Positions 38,501 to 51,800 of a stretch of 64,000 nucleotides of DNA are shown here, piece after piece. The DNA lies in the NCBI RefSeq assembly GCF_009834535.1, contig NC_045698.1:1-64000 (forward strand). The letters are read 5' to 3'. Source of the stretch: Camelus ferus (Eukaryota). How positions within the stretch are numbered: position 1 is the stretch's first letter; each line of letters opens with the position of its first letter. A model generated the notes under the pieces. The model did no database searches and was not told where the DNA came from. It saw nothing but the letters and a program-made list of their open reading frames with translations. The translations under genes and the position numbers were made by a program.

Positions 38501-41500
38501 GTCCTCACTAGGAGACACTCGGGTAAGACACGCGGATGGCTTCTAGGAAATCCCTGGCGCTGCAGACAGAGGACGGTACCTCACCACACTCAGAATTCTG
38601 GAACGAGGCTGAGTGGTTGGGGTATGTTTGGGGCCGCTTTCCACGTAGCTGCCTGTTTTCACAGGTGTTCCTTGGCAGGGGGAAGTCCGCTAATTACCTC
38701 ATTTGTCCGGGGAGAGGCACTAGATGCTACCTGCATTTCCAGACCAACCCCCGCATTTCCCCGGCAGCCCGCACTAGGAGACACTCGGGGAAGACACGCG
38801 GAAGTCTCCTAGGAGATCCCAGGCTCTGCAGACAGAGGACGGAACCTCGCCACACTCAGAAATTCGGAATGCGGCCTAGTGGGTGGGGGATGTTTGGGGC
38901 CGCAATCCACGCAGCTGCCTGGTGTCACAGGTGTTCCCTGGCAGGGGGAAGTCCGCTAATTACCTCATCTTTCTAGGGGGAGGCACTAGATGCTACCTGC
39001 ATATCCAGCTCATCCCCCGCCTTTCCCCGGCAGCCCGCAATAGGAGACACTCGGGGAAGACACGCGGAGAGCTGTTAGGAGATCCCAGGCGCTGCAGACA
39101 GTTGACGGAACATCCCCACACTCAGAATCCCGGAACGCAGCCGAATTGGTGGGGGAGGTTTGGGGCCGCCCTCCACGCAGCTGCCTGGTGTCACAGTAGT
39201 TCCCTGGAAGGGCGAATTCCGCTAATTACCTCATCTGTCCAGGGGGAGGCCCTAGATGCTACGTGCATTTCCAGCCTAACCCACAATTTCCCCGGCAGCA
39301 CGCACAAGGAGACACTCGGGGAAGACACGCGGAGGGCTTCTAGGAGATCCCAGGCGCTGCAGACAGAGGACGGAACCTACCAACATTCAGAATTCCGGAA
39401 CGCGGCCGAGTCGGTGGGGGAGGTTTGGGACCGCACTCCACGCACCTGCCTGGTTTCACAGGTGTTCCCTGTCAGGGGGAAGTCCGCTAATTACCTCATC
39501 TGTCCAGAGGGAGGCACTAGATGCTACCTGCATTTCCAGCCCAACCCCCGCTTTTCCCCTGCAGCCCGCAATAGGAGACACTCGGGGAAGACACGCTGAG
39601 GGCTCCTAGGAGATCCCAGGCACTGCAGACAGAGGAACGAACCTACCCACACTCAGAATTCCGGAACGCGGCCTAGTGGGTGGGGGATGTTTGGGGCCGC
39701 CATCCACGCAGATGCTTCGTGTCACAGGTGTTCCCTGGCAGGAAGAAAACCGCTAATTACCTCATCAGTCCATGGGGAGGCACTAGATGCTACCTGCATT
39801 TCCAGCCCAACCCACGCCTTCCCACGGCAGCCCGCACTAGGAGACACTCAGGGAAGACACTCGGAGGGCTGCTAGGAGATCCCAGGCGCTGTAGACAGAG
39901 AACGGAACCTCGCAACACTCAGAATTCGGGAAGGAGGCCGAGTGGGTGGGGGAGGTTTGGGGCCGCCCTCCACGCAGCTGCCTGGTGTCACAGGTGTTCC
40001 GTGGCAGGGGGAAGTCCGCTAATTACCTCTTCTGTCCAGGGGTATGCACTAGATGCTACCTGAATTTCCAGCCCAACCCCCGCCTTTCCCCGGCAGCATG
40101 AAATAGGAGAGACTCGGGGAAGACAACCGGAGGGCTCCTAGGAGATCCCAGGCGCTGCAGACAGAGGACGGAACCTCGCCACACTCAGAATTCCAGAACG
40201 CGGCCGAGTGGTTGTGGGAGGTTTGGGGACGCCCTCCATGCAGCTGCCTGGTGTCACTGGTGTTCCCTGGCAGGGGGAATTCCGCTAATTACCTCATCTG
40301 TCCAGGGCGAGGCACTAGATGCTACCTGCATTTCCAGCCCAACCCCCGCCTTTCCCCAGCAGCCCGCACTAGGAGACACTCGGGGAAGACACGCGGAGGG
40401 CTTCTAGGAGATCCCAGGTGCTGCAGACAGAGGACGGAACCTCGCAACACTGAGATTTCCGGAACGCGCCCGAGAGGGTGGGGGAAGTTTGGGGCCGCCC
40501 ACCACGCAGCTGCCTGTTGTCACAAGTGTTCCCTGGCAGGGGGAATTCCGCTAATGACCTCATCTGTCCAGGGCGAGGCACTAGATGCTACCTGCATTTC
40601 CAGCCCAACCCCCGCCTTTCCCCAGCAGCCCGCACTAGGAGACACTCGGCGAAGACACGCGGAAGGCTCATAGGAGATCCGAGGCGCTGCAGACAGAGGA
40701 CGGATCCTCGCAACACTCAGAAATCTGGAACGAGGCCGAGTGGTTGGGGGAGGTTTGGGGACGCCCTCCACGCGGCTGCCTGGTGTCACATGTGTTCCCT
40801 GGCAGGGGGAAGTCCGCTAATTACCTCATCTGTCCAGGGGGAGGCACTAGATGCTACCTGCATTTCCAGCCCAACCCCCGCCTTTCCCCAGCAGCCCGCA
40901 CTAGGAGACACTCGGGGAAGACACGCGGATGGCTCCTAGGAGATCCCAGGCGCTGCAGACAGTGGACGGAACCTCGCCACACTCAGAATTCCGGAATGCG
41001 TCTGAGTTGGTGGGGGAGGTTTAGGGCCGCCCTCCAAGCAGCTGCCTGGTGTCACAGGTGTTCCCTGGCAGGGGGAAGTCCGCTAATTACCACATCTGTC
41101 CAGGGAGAGGCACTAGTTGCTACCTGCATTTCCAGCCCAACCCCCGCCTTTCCCCAGCAGCCCGCACTAGGAGACACTCGGGGAAGACACGCGGATGGCT
41201 CCTAGGAGATCCCATGCACTGCAGACAGCGGATGGAACCTCGCCACACTCAGAATTCTGAAACAAAGCCGAGTGTGAGGGGGAGGTTTGGGGCCGCTCTC
41301 CACGCAGCTGCCTGGTGTCACAGGTGTTCCGTGGCAGGGGGAATTCCGCTAATTACCTCATCTGTCCAGGGGAAGGCACTAGATGCTACCTGAATTTCCA
41401 GCCCAACCCCCGCCTTTCCCCGGCAGCATGAAATAGGAGAGACTCGGTGAAGACAACCGGAGGGCTCCGAGGAGATCCCATGCACTGCAGAGAGCGGATG

Positions 41501-44500
41501 GAACCTCGCCACACTCAGAATTCCAGAACGCGGCCGAGTGTTTGTGGGAAGTTTGGGGCCGCCAACCATGCAGCTGCCTGGTGTCACAGGTGTTCCCTGG
41601 CAGGGGGAATTCCGCTAATTACCTCATCTGTCCAGGGGGAGGCACTAGATGCTACCTGTATTTCCAGCCCAACCCCCGACATTCCCCGGCTGCCCGCACT
41701 AGGAGACCCTCGGGGAAGACACGCGGAGGGCTCCTAGGAGATCCCAGGCGCTGCAGACAGAGGACAGAACCTCGCCACACTCAGAATTCCGGAACGCGGC
41801 CGAGTGGGTGGGGGAGGTTTTGGGCCGCCTTCCACGCAGCTGCCTGGTGTCACAGGTGATCCCTGGCAGGTGGATATCTGCTACTTACCTCAACTGTCCA
41901 GGGGGAGGCACTAGATGCTACCTGCATTTCCAACCCAACCCCCGCCTTTCCCCGGAGCCCGAAGTAGGAGACACTCTGGGAAGACACGCGGAGGGCTCCT
42001 AGGTGATCCCAGGCACTGCAGATAGAGGACCGAACCTACCCACATTCAGATTTCCTGAACGCAGCCGAGTGGGTGGGGGATGTTTGGGGCCGCCATCCAC
42101 GCATATGTTTCGTGTCACAGGTGTTCCCTGGCAGGGGGAATTCCGCTAATTACCTCATCTGTCCAGGGAGAGGCACTAGATGCTACCTGCATTTCCAGAC
42201 CAACCCCCGCATTTCCCCGGCAGCCCGCACTAGGAGACACTCGGGGAAGACACGCGGAAGTCTCCTAAGGGATTCCAGGCTCTGCAGACAGAGGACGGAA
42301 CCTCGCCACACTCAGAAATTTGGAACGCGGCCGAGTGGGTGGGGGATGTTTGGGGCCACCCTCCGCGCAGCTGCCTGGTGTCACAGGTGTTCCCTGGCAG
42401 GGGGAATTCCGCTAATTACCTCATCTATCCAGGGGGAGGCACTAGATGCTACCTGCATATCCAGCCCAACCTCCGCTTTTCCCCGGCAGCCCGCAATAGG
42501 AGACAGTCGGGGAAGATACGAGGAGGGCTGTAAGGAGATCCCAGGCGCTGCAGACAGATGACGGAACATCCCCATACTCAGAATTCCGGAACGCAGCCGA
42601 GTTGGTGGGGGAGGTTTGGGGCCGCCCTTCACACAGCTGCCAGTAGTCACAGGTGTTCCCTGGCACGGGGAATTCCGCTAATTACCCCATCAGTCCAGAG
42701 GGAGGCACTAGATGCTACCTGCATTTCCAGCCTAACTCACATATTTCCCCGGTAGCACGCACAAGGAGACACTCGGGGAAGACACGCGGAGGGCTCCTAG
42801 GAGTTCCCAGGCGCTGCAGACAGAGGACGGAACCTTGCCACACTCAGAATTCCGGAACGCGCCCGAGTGGGTGGGGGAGGTTTGGGGCCGACCTCCACGC
42901 AGCTGCCTGGTGTCACAGGTGTTCCCTGGCAGGGGGAAGTCCGCTAATTACCTCATCTGTCCAGGGGGAGGCACTAGATGCTACCTGCATTTCCAGCCCA
43001 ACCCCCGACTTTCACCGGCCGCCGCAATAAGAGTCACTCGGGGAGGACACACTGAGGGCTCCTAGGAGATCCCAGGCACTGCAGAAAGAGGACGGAATCT
43101 CGCCACTCTCAGAATTCCGGAATGCTTCCGAATGTGTGGAGGATGTTTGGGGCCGCCCTCCACACAGCTGCCAGTAGTCACAGGTGTTCCCTGGCAGGGG
43201 GAATTCCGCTAATTACCCCATCAGTCCAGAGGGAGGCACTAGATGCTACCTGCATTTCCAGGCCAACCCCCGCCTTTCCCCGGCATCCCGCACTAGGAGA
43301 CCCTCGGTGAAGACACGCGACGGGCTCCTAGGAGATCCCAGGCGCTGCAGACAGAGGAAGGAACCTCGCCACACTCAGAATTCCGGAACGCGGCCGAGTG
43401 GGTGTGGGAGGTTTGGGGCCGCCCTCCACAAAGCTGCCTGGTCTCACAGATGTTCCCTGGCAGGGGGAAGTCCGCTAATTACCCCATCAGTCCATGGGAA
43501 TCACTAGATGCTACCTGCATTTCCAGCCCAACCCCCGCCTTTCCCCAGCAGCACGCACTAGGATACACTCGGGGAGGACACGCGGAGGGCTCCTAGGAGA
43601 TCCCAGGCACTGCAGACAGAGGACGGAACCACACCACACTCAGAATTCCGAAACGCTGCTGAGTGTGTGGGGGAGGTTTGGGGTCGCTCTCCACGCAGCT
43701 GCCTAGTGTCACAGGTGTTCCCTGGCAGGGGGAATTCCGTTAATTACCTCATCAGTCCAGGGGGAGGCACTAGATGCTACCTGCATTTCCAGCACAACCC
43801 CCGGCTTTCCCCGGCAGCCCGCACTAGGAGACCCTCGGTGAAGACACGCTGCGGGCTCCTAGGAGATCCCAGGCGCTGCAGACAGAGGAAGGAACCTCGC
43901 CACACTCAGAATTCCGGAACGCGCCCGAGTGGGTGGGGGAGGTTTGGGGCCGCCCACCACGCAGCTGCCTGGTGTCACAGGTGTTCCCTGGCAAGGGGAA
44001 GTCCGCTAATTACCTCATCTCTCCAGGGGGAGTCACTAGATGCTACCTGCATTTCCAGACCAACCCCCGCCTTTTCCCGGCAACCCGCATTAAGAGACAC
44101 TCGGGGAAGACATGCGTAGGGCTCCTACGTGATCCAAGGCCCTGCAGACAGAGGACGGAACCTCGCAAATCTCAGATTTCCGGAACGCGGCCGAGTCGTT
44201 GGGGTAGGTTTGGGGTCGACCTCCTCACATCTGCCTGGTGTCAGAGGTGTTCCCTGGCAGGTGGAATTCTGCTAATTACCTCATCGGTCCAGGGGGAGGC
44301 ACTAGATGCTACCTGCATTTCCAACACAACCCCCGACTTTCCCCGGAAGCCCGCAATAAGAGACACTCGGGGAAGACTCGTGGAGGGCTCCTAGGAGATC
44401 CCAGGCACTGCATACTGAGGACCGTACCTACCCACACTCAGATTTCCGGAACGCGGCCGAGTGTGTGGGGGAAATTTGGGGCCGTCCTCCACGCACGTAC

Positions 44501-47320
44501 CTGGTGTCACAGGTGTTCCCTGGCAGGGGGAAGTCCGCTAATTACCTCATCTGTCCAGAGGGAGGCACTAGATGCTACCTGTATTTCCAGCACAACCCCC
44601 GCATTTCTCCGGCAGCACGCAATAGGAGACACTCGGGGAAGACACGCGGAGGACTACTAGGAGATCCCAGTCGCTGCATACAGAAGACGGAACCTCGCCA
44701 CACTCAGAATTCCGGAACGCGGCCGAGTGGGTGGGGGATGTTTGGGGTCAACCTCCTCGCAGAAGCCTGGTGTCACAGGTGTTCCCATGCAGGGGGAAGT
44801 CCGCTAATTACCTGATCTGTCCAGGGGGAGGCACTAGATGCTACATGCATTTCCAGTTTAACCCACTCTTTCCCCGGCAACACGCACAAGGAGACAGTCG
44901 GGGAAGACACGCGGAGGGCTCCTAGGAGATCCCAGGCGCTGCAGACAGAGGACGGAACCTACCCACACTTTGAATTCCGGAACGCGGCCGAGTAGGTGGG
45001 GGAAGTTTGGGGCCGCCCTCCACGTAGCTGCTTGGTGTCACAGGTGTTCCCTGCAGGGGGAATTCCGCTAATTACCTGATCTGTCCAGCGGGAGGCACTA
45101 GAAGCTACCTTCATTTCCAGCCCAAACCCCGCCTTTCCCCGGCAGCCCACACTAGGAGACGCTCGGGGAAGACAAGCGGAGGTCTCCTAGGAGATCCCTG
45201 GCGCTGCAGACAGAGGACGGAACCTACCCACACTCAGAATTCCGGAACGCGGACGAGTGGGTGGGGGAGGTTTGGGGCCGCCATTCACGCAGATGTTTCA
45301 TATCACAGGTGTTCCCTGGCAGGTGGAAGTCTGCTAATTACCTCATCTGTCCAGTGGAAGGCACTTGATGCTACCTGCATTTCCAACCCAACCCCCGCTT
45401 TCCCCGGAAGACCGCAATAGGAGACACTCGGGAAAGACACGCGGAGGGCTCCTAGGAGATCCCAGGCACTGCAGACAGAGGACCGAACCTACCCACACTC
45501 AGATTTCCGGAACGCGGCCGAGTGGGTGGGGGAGGTTTGGGGTCGAACACCTCGCAGCTGCCTGGTGTCACAGTTGTTCCCTTGCAGGGGGAAGTCCGCT
45601 AATTACCTGATCTGTCCAGGGGGATTCACTAGATGCTACCTGCATTTCCAGCCCAACCCCCGCCTTTCCCCGGCAGCCCGCACTATGAGACACTCGGGGA
45701 AGACACGCGGAGGGCTCCTAGGAGATCCCAGGCGCTGCAGACAGAGGACGGAACCTCGCCACACTCAGAAATATGGAACGCGGCCGAGTGGTTGGGTGAG
45801 TTTTGGGGCCGAATTCCAGGCAGCTGCCTGGTGTCACAAGTGTTCCCTGGCAGGTGGAAATCTGCTAATTACCTCATCTGTCCAGGGGGAGGCACTAGAT
45901 GCTACCTGCTTTTCCAGCCCAACCCCCGCATTTTCCCGGCAGTCCTCACTAGGAGACACTCGGGGAAGACACGCGGAGAGCTGTTAGGAGATCCCAGGCG
46001 CTGCAGACAGAGGACGGAACCTCGCCACACTCAGAATTCCAGAACGCGGCCGAGTGGTTGTGGGAGGTTTGGGGACGCCCTCCATGCAGCTGCCTGGTGT
46101 CACTGGTGTTCCCTGGCAGGGGGAATTCCGCTAATGACCTCATCTGTCCAGGGCGAGGCACTAGATGCTACCTGCATTTCCAGCCCAACCCCCGCCTTTC
46201 CCCAGCAGCCCGCACTAGGAGACACTCGGCGAAGACACGCGGAAGGCTCATAGGAGATCCGAGGCGCTGCAGACAGAGGACGGATCCTCGCAACACTCAG
46301 AAATCTGGAACGAGGCCGAGTGGTTGGGGGAGGTTTGGGGACGCCCTCCACGCAGCTGCCTGGTGTCACATGTGTTCCCTGGCAGGGGGAAGTCCGCTAA
46401 TTACCTCATCTGTCCAGGGGGAGGCACTAGATGCTACCTGCATTTCCAGCCCAACCCCCGCCTTTCCCCAGCAGCCCGCACTAGGAGACACTCGGGGAAG
46501 ACACGCGGATGGCTCCTAGGAGATCCCAAGCGCTGCAGACAGTGGACGGAACCTCGCCACACTCAGAATTCCGGAATGCGTCTGAGTTGGTGGGGGAGGT
46601 TTAGGGCCGCCCTCCAAGCAGCTGCCTGGTGTCACAGGTGTTCCCTGGCAGGGGGAAGTCCGCTAATTACCACATCTGTCCAGGGAGAGGCACTAGTTGC
46701 TACCTGCATTTCCAGCCCAACCCCCGCCTTTCCCCAGCAGCCCGCACTAGGAGACACTCGGGGAAGACACGCGGATGGCTCCTAGGAGATCCCATGCACT
46801 GCAGACAGCGGATGGAACCTCGCCACACTCAGAATTCTGAAACAAAGCCGAGTGTGAGGGGGAGGTTTGGGGCCGCTCTCCACGCAGCTGCCTGGTGTCA
46901 CAGGTGTTCCGTGGCAGGGGGAATTCCGCTAATTACCTCATCTGTCCAGGGGAAGGCACTAGATGCTACCTGAATTTCCAGCCCAACCCCCGCCTTTCCC
47001 CGGCAGCATGAAATAGGAGAGACTCGGGGAAGACAACCGGAGGGCTCCGAGGAGATCCCATGCACTGCAGACAGCGGATGGAACCTCGCCACAATCAGAA
47101 TTCCAGAACGCGGCCGAGTGTTTGTGGGAAGTTTGGGGCCGCCAACCATGCAGCTGCCTGGTGTCACAGGTGTTCCCTGGCAGGGGGAATTCCGCTAATT
47201 ACCTCATCTGTCCAGGGGGAGTCACTAGATGCTACCTGTATTTCCAGCCCAACCCCCGACATTCCCCGGCTGCCCGCACTAGGAGACCCTCGGGGAAGAC
47301 ACGCGGAGGGCTCCTAGTGA
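35600..47320 (+). repeat. Multi-kb duplication: ~35.6-41.7 kb copied at ~42.8-47.3 kb with whole-monomer gains and losses
   Basis: Offsets 7175 (35660/42835, 35947/43122), 6909 (36493/43402), 7441 (36797/44238 to 38085/45526), 5846 (40212/46058) and 5580 (40744/46324 to 41542/47122). Confidence 0.9.
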
Positions 47321-48872
47321 TCCCAGGCGCTGCAGACAGAGGACGGAACCTCGCCTCACTCAGAATTCCGGAATGCGTCCGAGTTGGTGGGGGAGGTTTA
47401 GGGCCGCCCTCCAAGCAGCTGCCTGGTGTCACAGGTGTTCCCTGGCAGGGGGAATTCCGCTAATTACCTCTACTCTCCAGGGAGAGGCACTTGATGCTAC
47501 CTGCATTTCCAGCCCAACCCCCGCCTTTCCCCAGCAGCCCGCACTAGGAGACACTCGGCGAAAACACGCGGAAGGCTCCTAGGAGATCCGAGGCGCTGCA
47601 GACAGAGGACGGATCCTCGCAACACTCAGAAATCTGGAACGAGGCCGAGTGGTTGGGGGAGGTTTGGGGACGACCTCCACGCAGCTGCCTGGTGTCACAT
47701 GTGTTCCCTGGCAGGGGGAAGTCCGCTAATTACCTCATCTGTCCAGGGGGAGGCACTAGATGCTACCTGCATTTCCAGCCCAACCCCCGCCTTTCCCCAG
47801 CAGCCCGCACTAGGAGACACTCGGGGAAGACACGCGGATGGCTCCTAGGAGATCCCAGGCGCTGCAGACTGTGGACGGAACCTCGCCACACTCAGAATTC
47901 CGGAATGCGTCTGAGTTGGTGGGGGAGGTTTAGGGCCGCCATCCAAGCAGCTGCCTGGTGTCACAGGTGTTCCCTGGCAGGGGGAATTCCGCTAATTACC
48001 ACATCTGTCCAAGGAGAGGCACTAGTTGCTACCTGCATTTCCAGCCCAACCCCCGCCTTTCCCCAGCAGCCCGCACTAGGAGACACTCGGGGAAGACACG
48101 CGGAGGGCTCCTAGGTGATCCCATGCGCTGCAGACAGCGGATGAAACCTCGCCACACTCAGAATTCTGAAACAAAGCCGAGTGTGAGGGGGAGGTTTGGG
48201 GCCGCTCTCCACGCAGCTGCCTGGTGTCACAGGTGTTCCGTGGCAGGGGGAATTCCGCTAATTACCTCATCTGTCCAGGGGTAGGCACTAGATGCTACCT
48301 GAATTTCCAGCCCAACCCCCGCCTTTCCCCGGCAGCATGAAATAGGAGAGACTCGGGGAACAACCGGAGGGCCCGGAGGAGATCCCAGGCGCTGCAGACA
48401 GAGGACGGAACCTCGCCACACTCAGAATTCCAGAACGCGGCCGAGTGTTTGTGGGAAGTTTGGGGCCGCCCTCCATGCAGCTGCCTGGTGTCACAGGTGT
48501 TCCCTGGCCAGGGGAATTCCGCTAATTACCTCATCTGTCCAGGGGGAGGCACTAGATGCTACCTGTATTTCCAGCCCAACCCCCGATATTCCCCGGCTGC
48601 CCGCACTAGGAGACCCTCGGGGAAGACACGCGGAGGGCTCCTAGTGATCCCAGGCGCTGCAGACAGAGGACGGAACCTCGCCTCACTCAGAATTCCGGAA
48701 TGCGTCCGAGTTGGTGGGGGAGGTTTAGGGCCGCCCTCCAAGCAGCTGCCTGGTGTCACAGGTGTCCCTGGCAGGGGGAATTCCGCTAATTACCTCTACC
48801 CTCCAGGGAGAGGCACTTGATGCTACCTGCATTTCCAGCCCAACCCCCGCCTTTCCCCGGCATCCCGCACTA
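46218..48872 (+). repeat. 5-monomer tandem duplication (1327-1329 bp)
   Basis: Matching translations 46324/47653, 46629/47958, 47122/48449 and 47232/48559. Shared AAATCTGGAACGAGG and GAATGCGTCTGAGTTGG. Confidence 0.88.
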
Positions 48873-51800
48873 AGAGACACTCGGGGAAGACACGCGGAGG
48901 GCTCCTAGGAGATCCCAGGCGCTGCAGACTGAGGACGGAATCTCGCCACACTCAGAATTACGGAACGAGGCCGAGTGGTTGGGGGAGGTTTGGGGCCGCC
49001 CTCCACGCAGCTGCCTGTTGTCACAGGTGTTCCCTGGCAGGGGGAAGTCCGCTAAATACCTCATCTGTCCAGGGGGAGGCACTAGATGCTACCGGGATTT
49101 CCAGCCCAACCCCCGGTTTAGCCGGCAGCCCGCACTAGGAGACCCTCGGGGAAGACACGCGGAGGGCTCCTAGGAGATACCAGGCGCTGCAGACCGAGGA
49201 AGGAACCTCGTCACACACAGAATTCCGGAACGCGTACGAGTGGATGTGGGAGGTTTGGTGCCTCCCTCCACAAAGCTGTCTGGTCTCACAGATGTTCCCT
49301 GGCAGGGGGAAGTCCGCTAAAGACCTCATCTGTCCAGGGGGATGCACTAGATGCTACCAGCATTTCCAGCCTTACCACCGCATTTCCCCGGCAGCCCGCA
49401 CTAAGAGGCACTCGGCGAAGACACGCGGAAGGCTCCTAGGAGATCCGAGGCGCTGCAGACAGAGGACGGAACCTCGCAACACTCAGAAATCCGGAACGAG
49501 GCCGAGTGGTTGGGGGAGGTTTGGGGACGCCCTCCACGCAGCTGCCTGGTGTCACATGTGTTCCCTGGCAGGGGGAAGTCCGCTAATTACCTCATCTGTC
49601 CAGGGGGAGGCACTAGATGCTACCTGCATTTCCAGCCCAACCCCCGCCTTTCCCCAGCAGCCCGCACTAGGAGACACTCGGGGAAGACACGCGGATGGCT
49701 CCTAGGAGATCCCATGCGCTGCAGACAGCGGATGGAACCTCGCCACACTCAGAATTCTGAAACAAAACCGAGTGTGAGGGGGAGGTTTGGGGCCGCTCTC
49801 CACGCAGCTGCCTGTTGTCACAGGTGTTCCGTGGTAGGGGGAAGTCCGCTAATTACCTCATCTGTCCACGGGTAGGCACTAGATGCTACCTGAATTTCCA
49901 GCCCATCCCCCGCCTTTCCCCGGCAGCATGAAATAGGAGAGACTCGGGGAAGACAACCGGAGGGCTCCTAGTGATCCCAGGCGCTGCAGACAGAGGACGG
50001 AACCTCGCCTCACTCAGAATTCCGGAATGAGTCCGAGTTGGTGGGGGAGGTTTAGGGCCGCCCTCCAAGCAGCTGCCTGGTGTCACAGGTGTTCCCTGGC
50101 AGGGGGAAGTCCGCTAATTACCTCATCTGTCCAGGGGGAGGCACTAGATGCTACCGGCATTTCCAGCCCAACACCCGGTTTCACCGGCAGCCCGCACTAG
50201 GAGACCCTCGGGGAAGACACGCGGAAGGCTCCTAGGAGATACCAGGCGCTGCAGACCGAGGAAGGAACCTCGTCACACACAGAATTCCGGAACGCGGCCG
50301 AGTGGGTTTGGGAGGCTTGGGCCTCCCTCCACAAAGTTGTCTGGTCTCACAGATGTTCCCTGGCTGGGGGAAGTCCGCTAATTACCTCATCAGTCCAGGG
50401 GAATCACTAGATGCTACCTGCATTTCCAGCCCAACTCCCGCCTTTCACCGGCAACACGCACTAAAAGACACTCGGTGAAGACAAGCAGAGGGCTCCTAGG
50501 AGATCCCAGGCGCTGCAGACAGAGGACGGAACCTCGCCAAACTCAGAATTCCGGAACGCTGCCGAATGTGTGGGGGATTTTTGGGGCCGCCCTCCACGCA
50601 GCTGCCTGGTGTCACAGGTGTTCCCTGGCAGGGGGAATTCCGCTAATGACCACATCTGTCCAGGGCGAGGCACTAGATGCTACCTGCATTTCCAGCCGAA
50701 ACCCCGCCTTTCCCCAGCAGCCCGCAATAGGAGACACTCGGGGAAGACACGCGGAGGGCTTCTAGGAGATCCCAGGCGCTGCAGACAGAGGACGGAACCT
50801 CGCAACACTGAGATTTCCGGAACGCACCCGAGAGGGTGGGGGAAGTTTGGGGCCGCCCACCACGCAGCTGCCTGTTGTCACAAGTGTTCCCTGGCTCGGG
50901 GAAGTCCGCTAATTACCACATCTGTCCAGGTCGAGGCACTAGTTGTTACATGCATTTCCAGAACAACCCCCACGTTTCCCCGGCAGCCCGCACTATGTGA
51001 CCCTCGGGGAATACACGCGAAGGGTTCCTAGTGATCCCAGGCGCTGCAGACAGAGGACGGAACCTCGCCACACTCAGAATTCCGGAACGAAGCCGAGTGG
51101 TAGGGGGAGGTTTGGGGACGCCCTCCACGCAGCTGCCTGGTGTAACATGTGTTCCCTCGCAGGGGGAAGTCCGCTAATTACCTCATCTGTCCAGGGTGAG
51201 GCACTAGATGCTACCTGAATTTCCAGCCCAACCCCCGCATTTCCCCGGCAGACCGCAAGAGGAGACACTCGGGGAAGACACGCCGAAGGCTCCTAGGAGA
51301 TCCCAGGCGCTGCAGACCGAGGAATTAGCCTCGCCACACACAGAATTCCAGAACGCGGCCGAGTGGGTGTGGGAGGTTTGGGGCCACCCTCCACAAAGCT
51401 TTCTGGTCTCACAGATGTTCCCTGGCAGGGGGAAGTCTGCTAATTTCCTCATCACTCCAGGGGAATCACTAGATGCTACCTGCATTTCCAGGCCAACCCC
51501 CGCCTTTCACCGGCAACACGCACTAAAAGACACTCGGTGAAGACAAGCAGAGGGCTCCTAGGAGATCCCAGGCGCTTCAGACAGAGGACGGAACCTCGCC
51601 AAACTCAGAATTCCGGAACGATGCCGAATGTGTGGGGGAGATTTGGGGCCGCCCTCCACGCAGCTGCCTGGTGTCACAGGTGTTACCTGGCAGGGGGAAT
51701 TCCGCTAATTACCTCATCTGTCCCGGGCTAGGCACTAGATGCTACCAGCATTTCCAGCCCAACCACCGAATTCCCCGGCAGCCCGCACAAGGAGACACTC

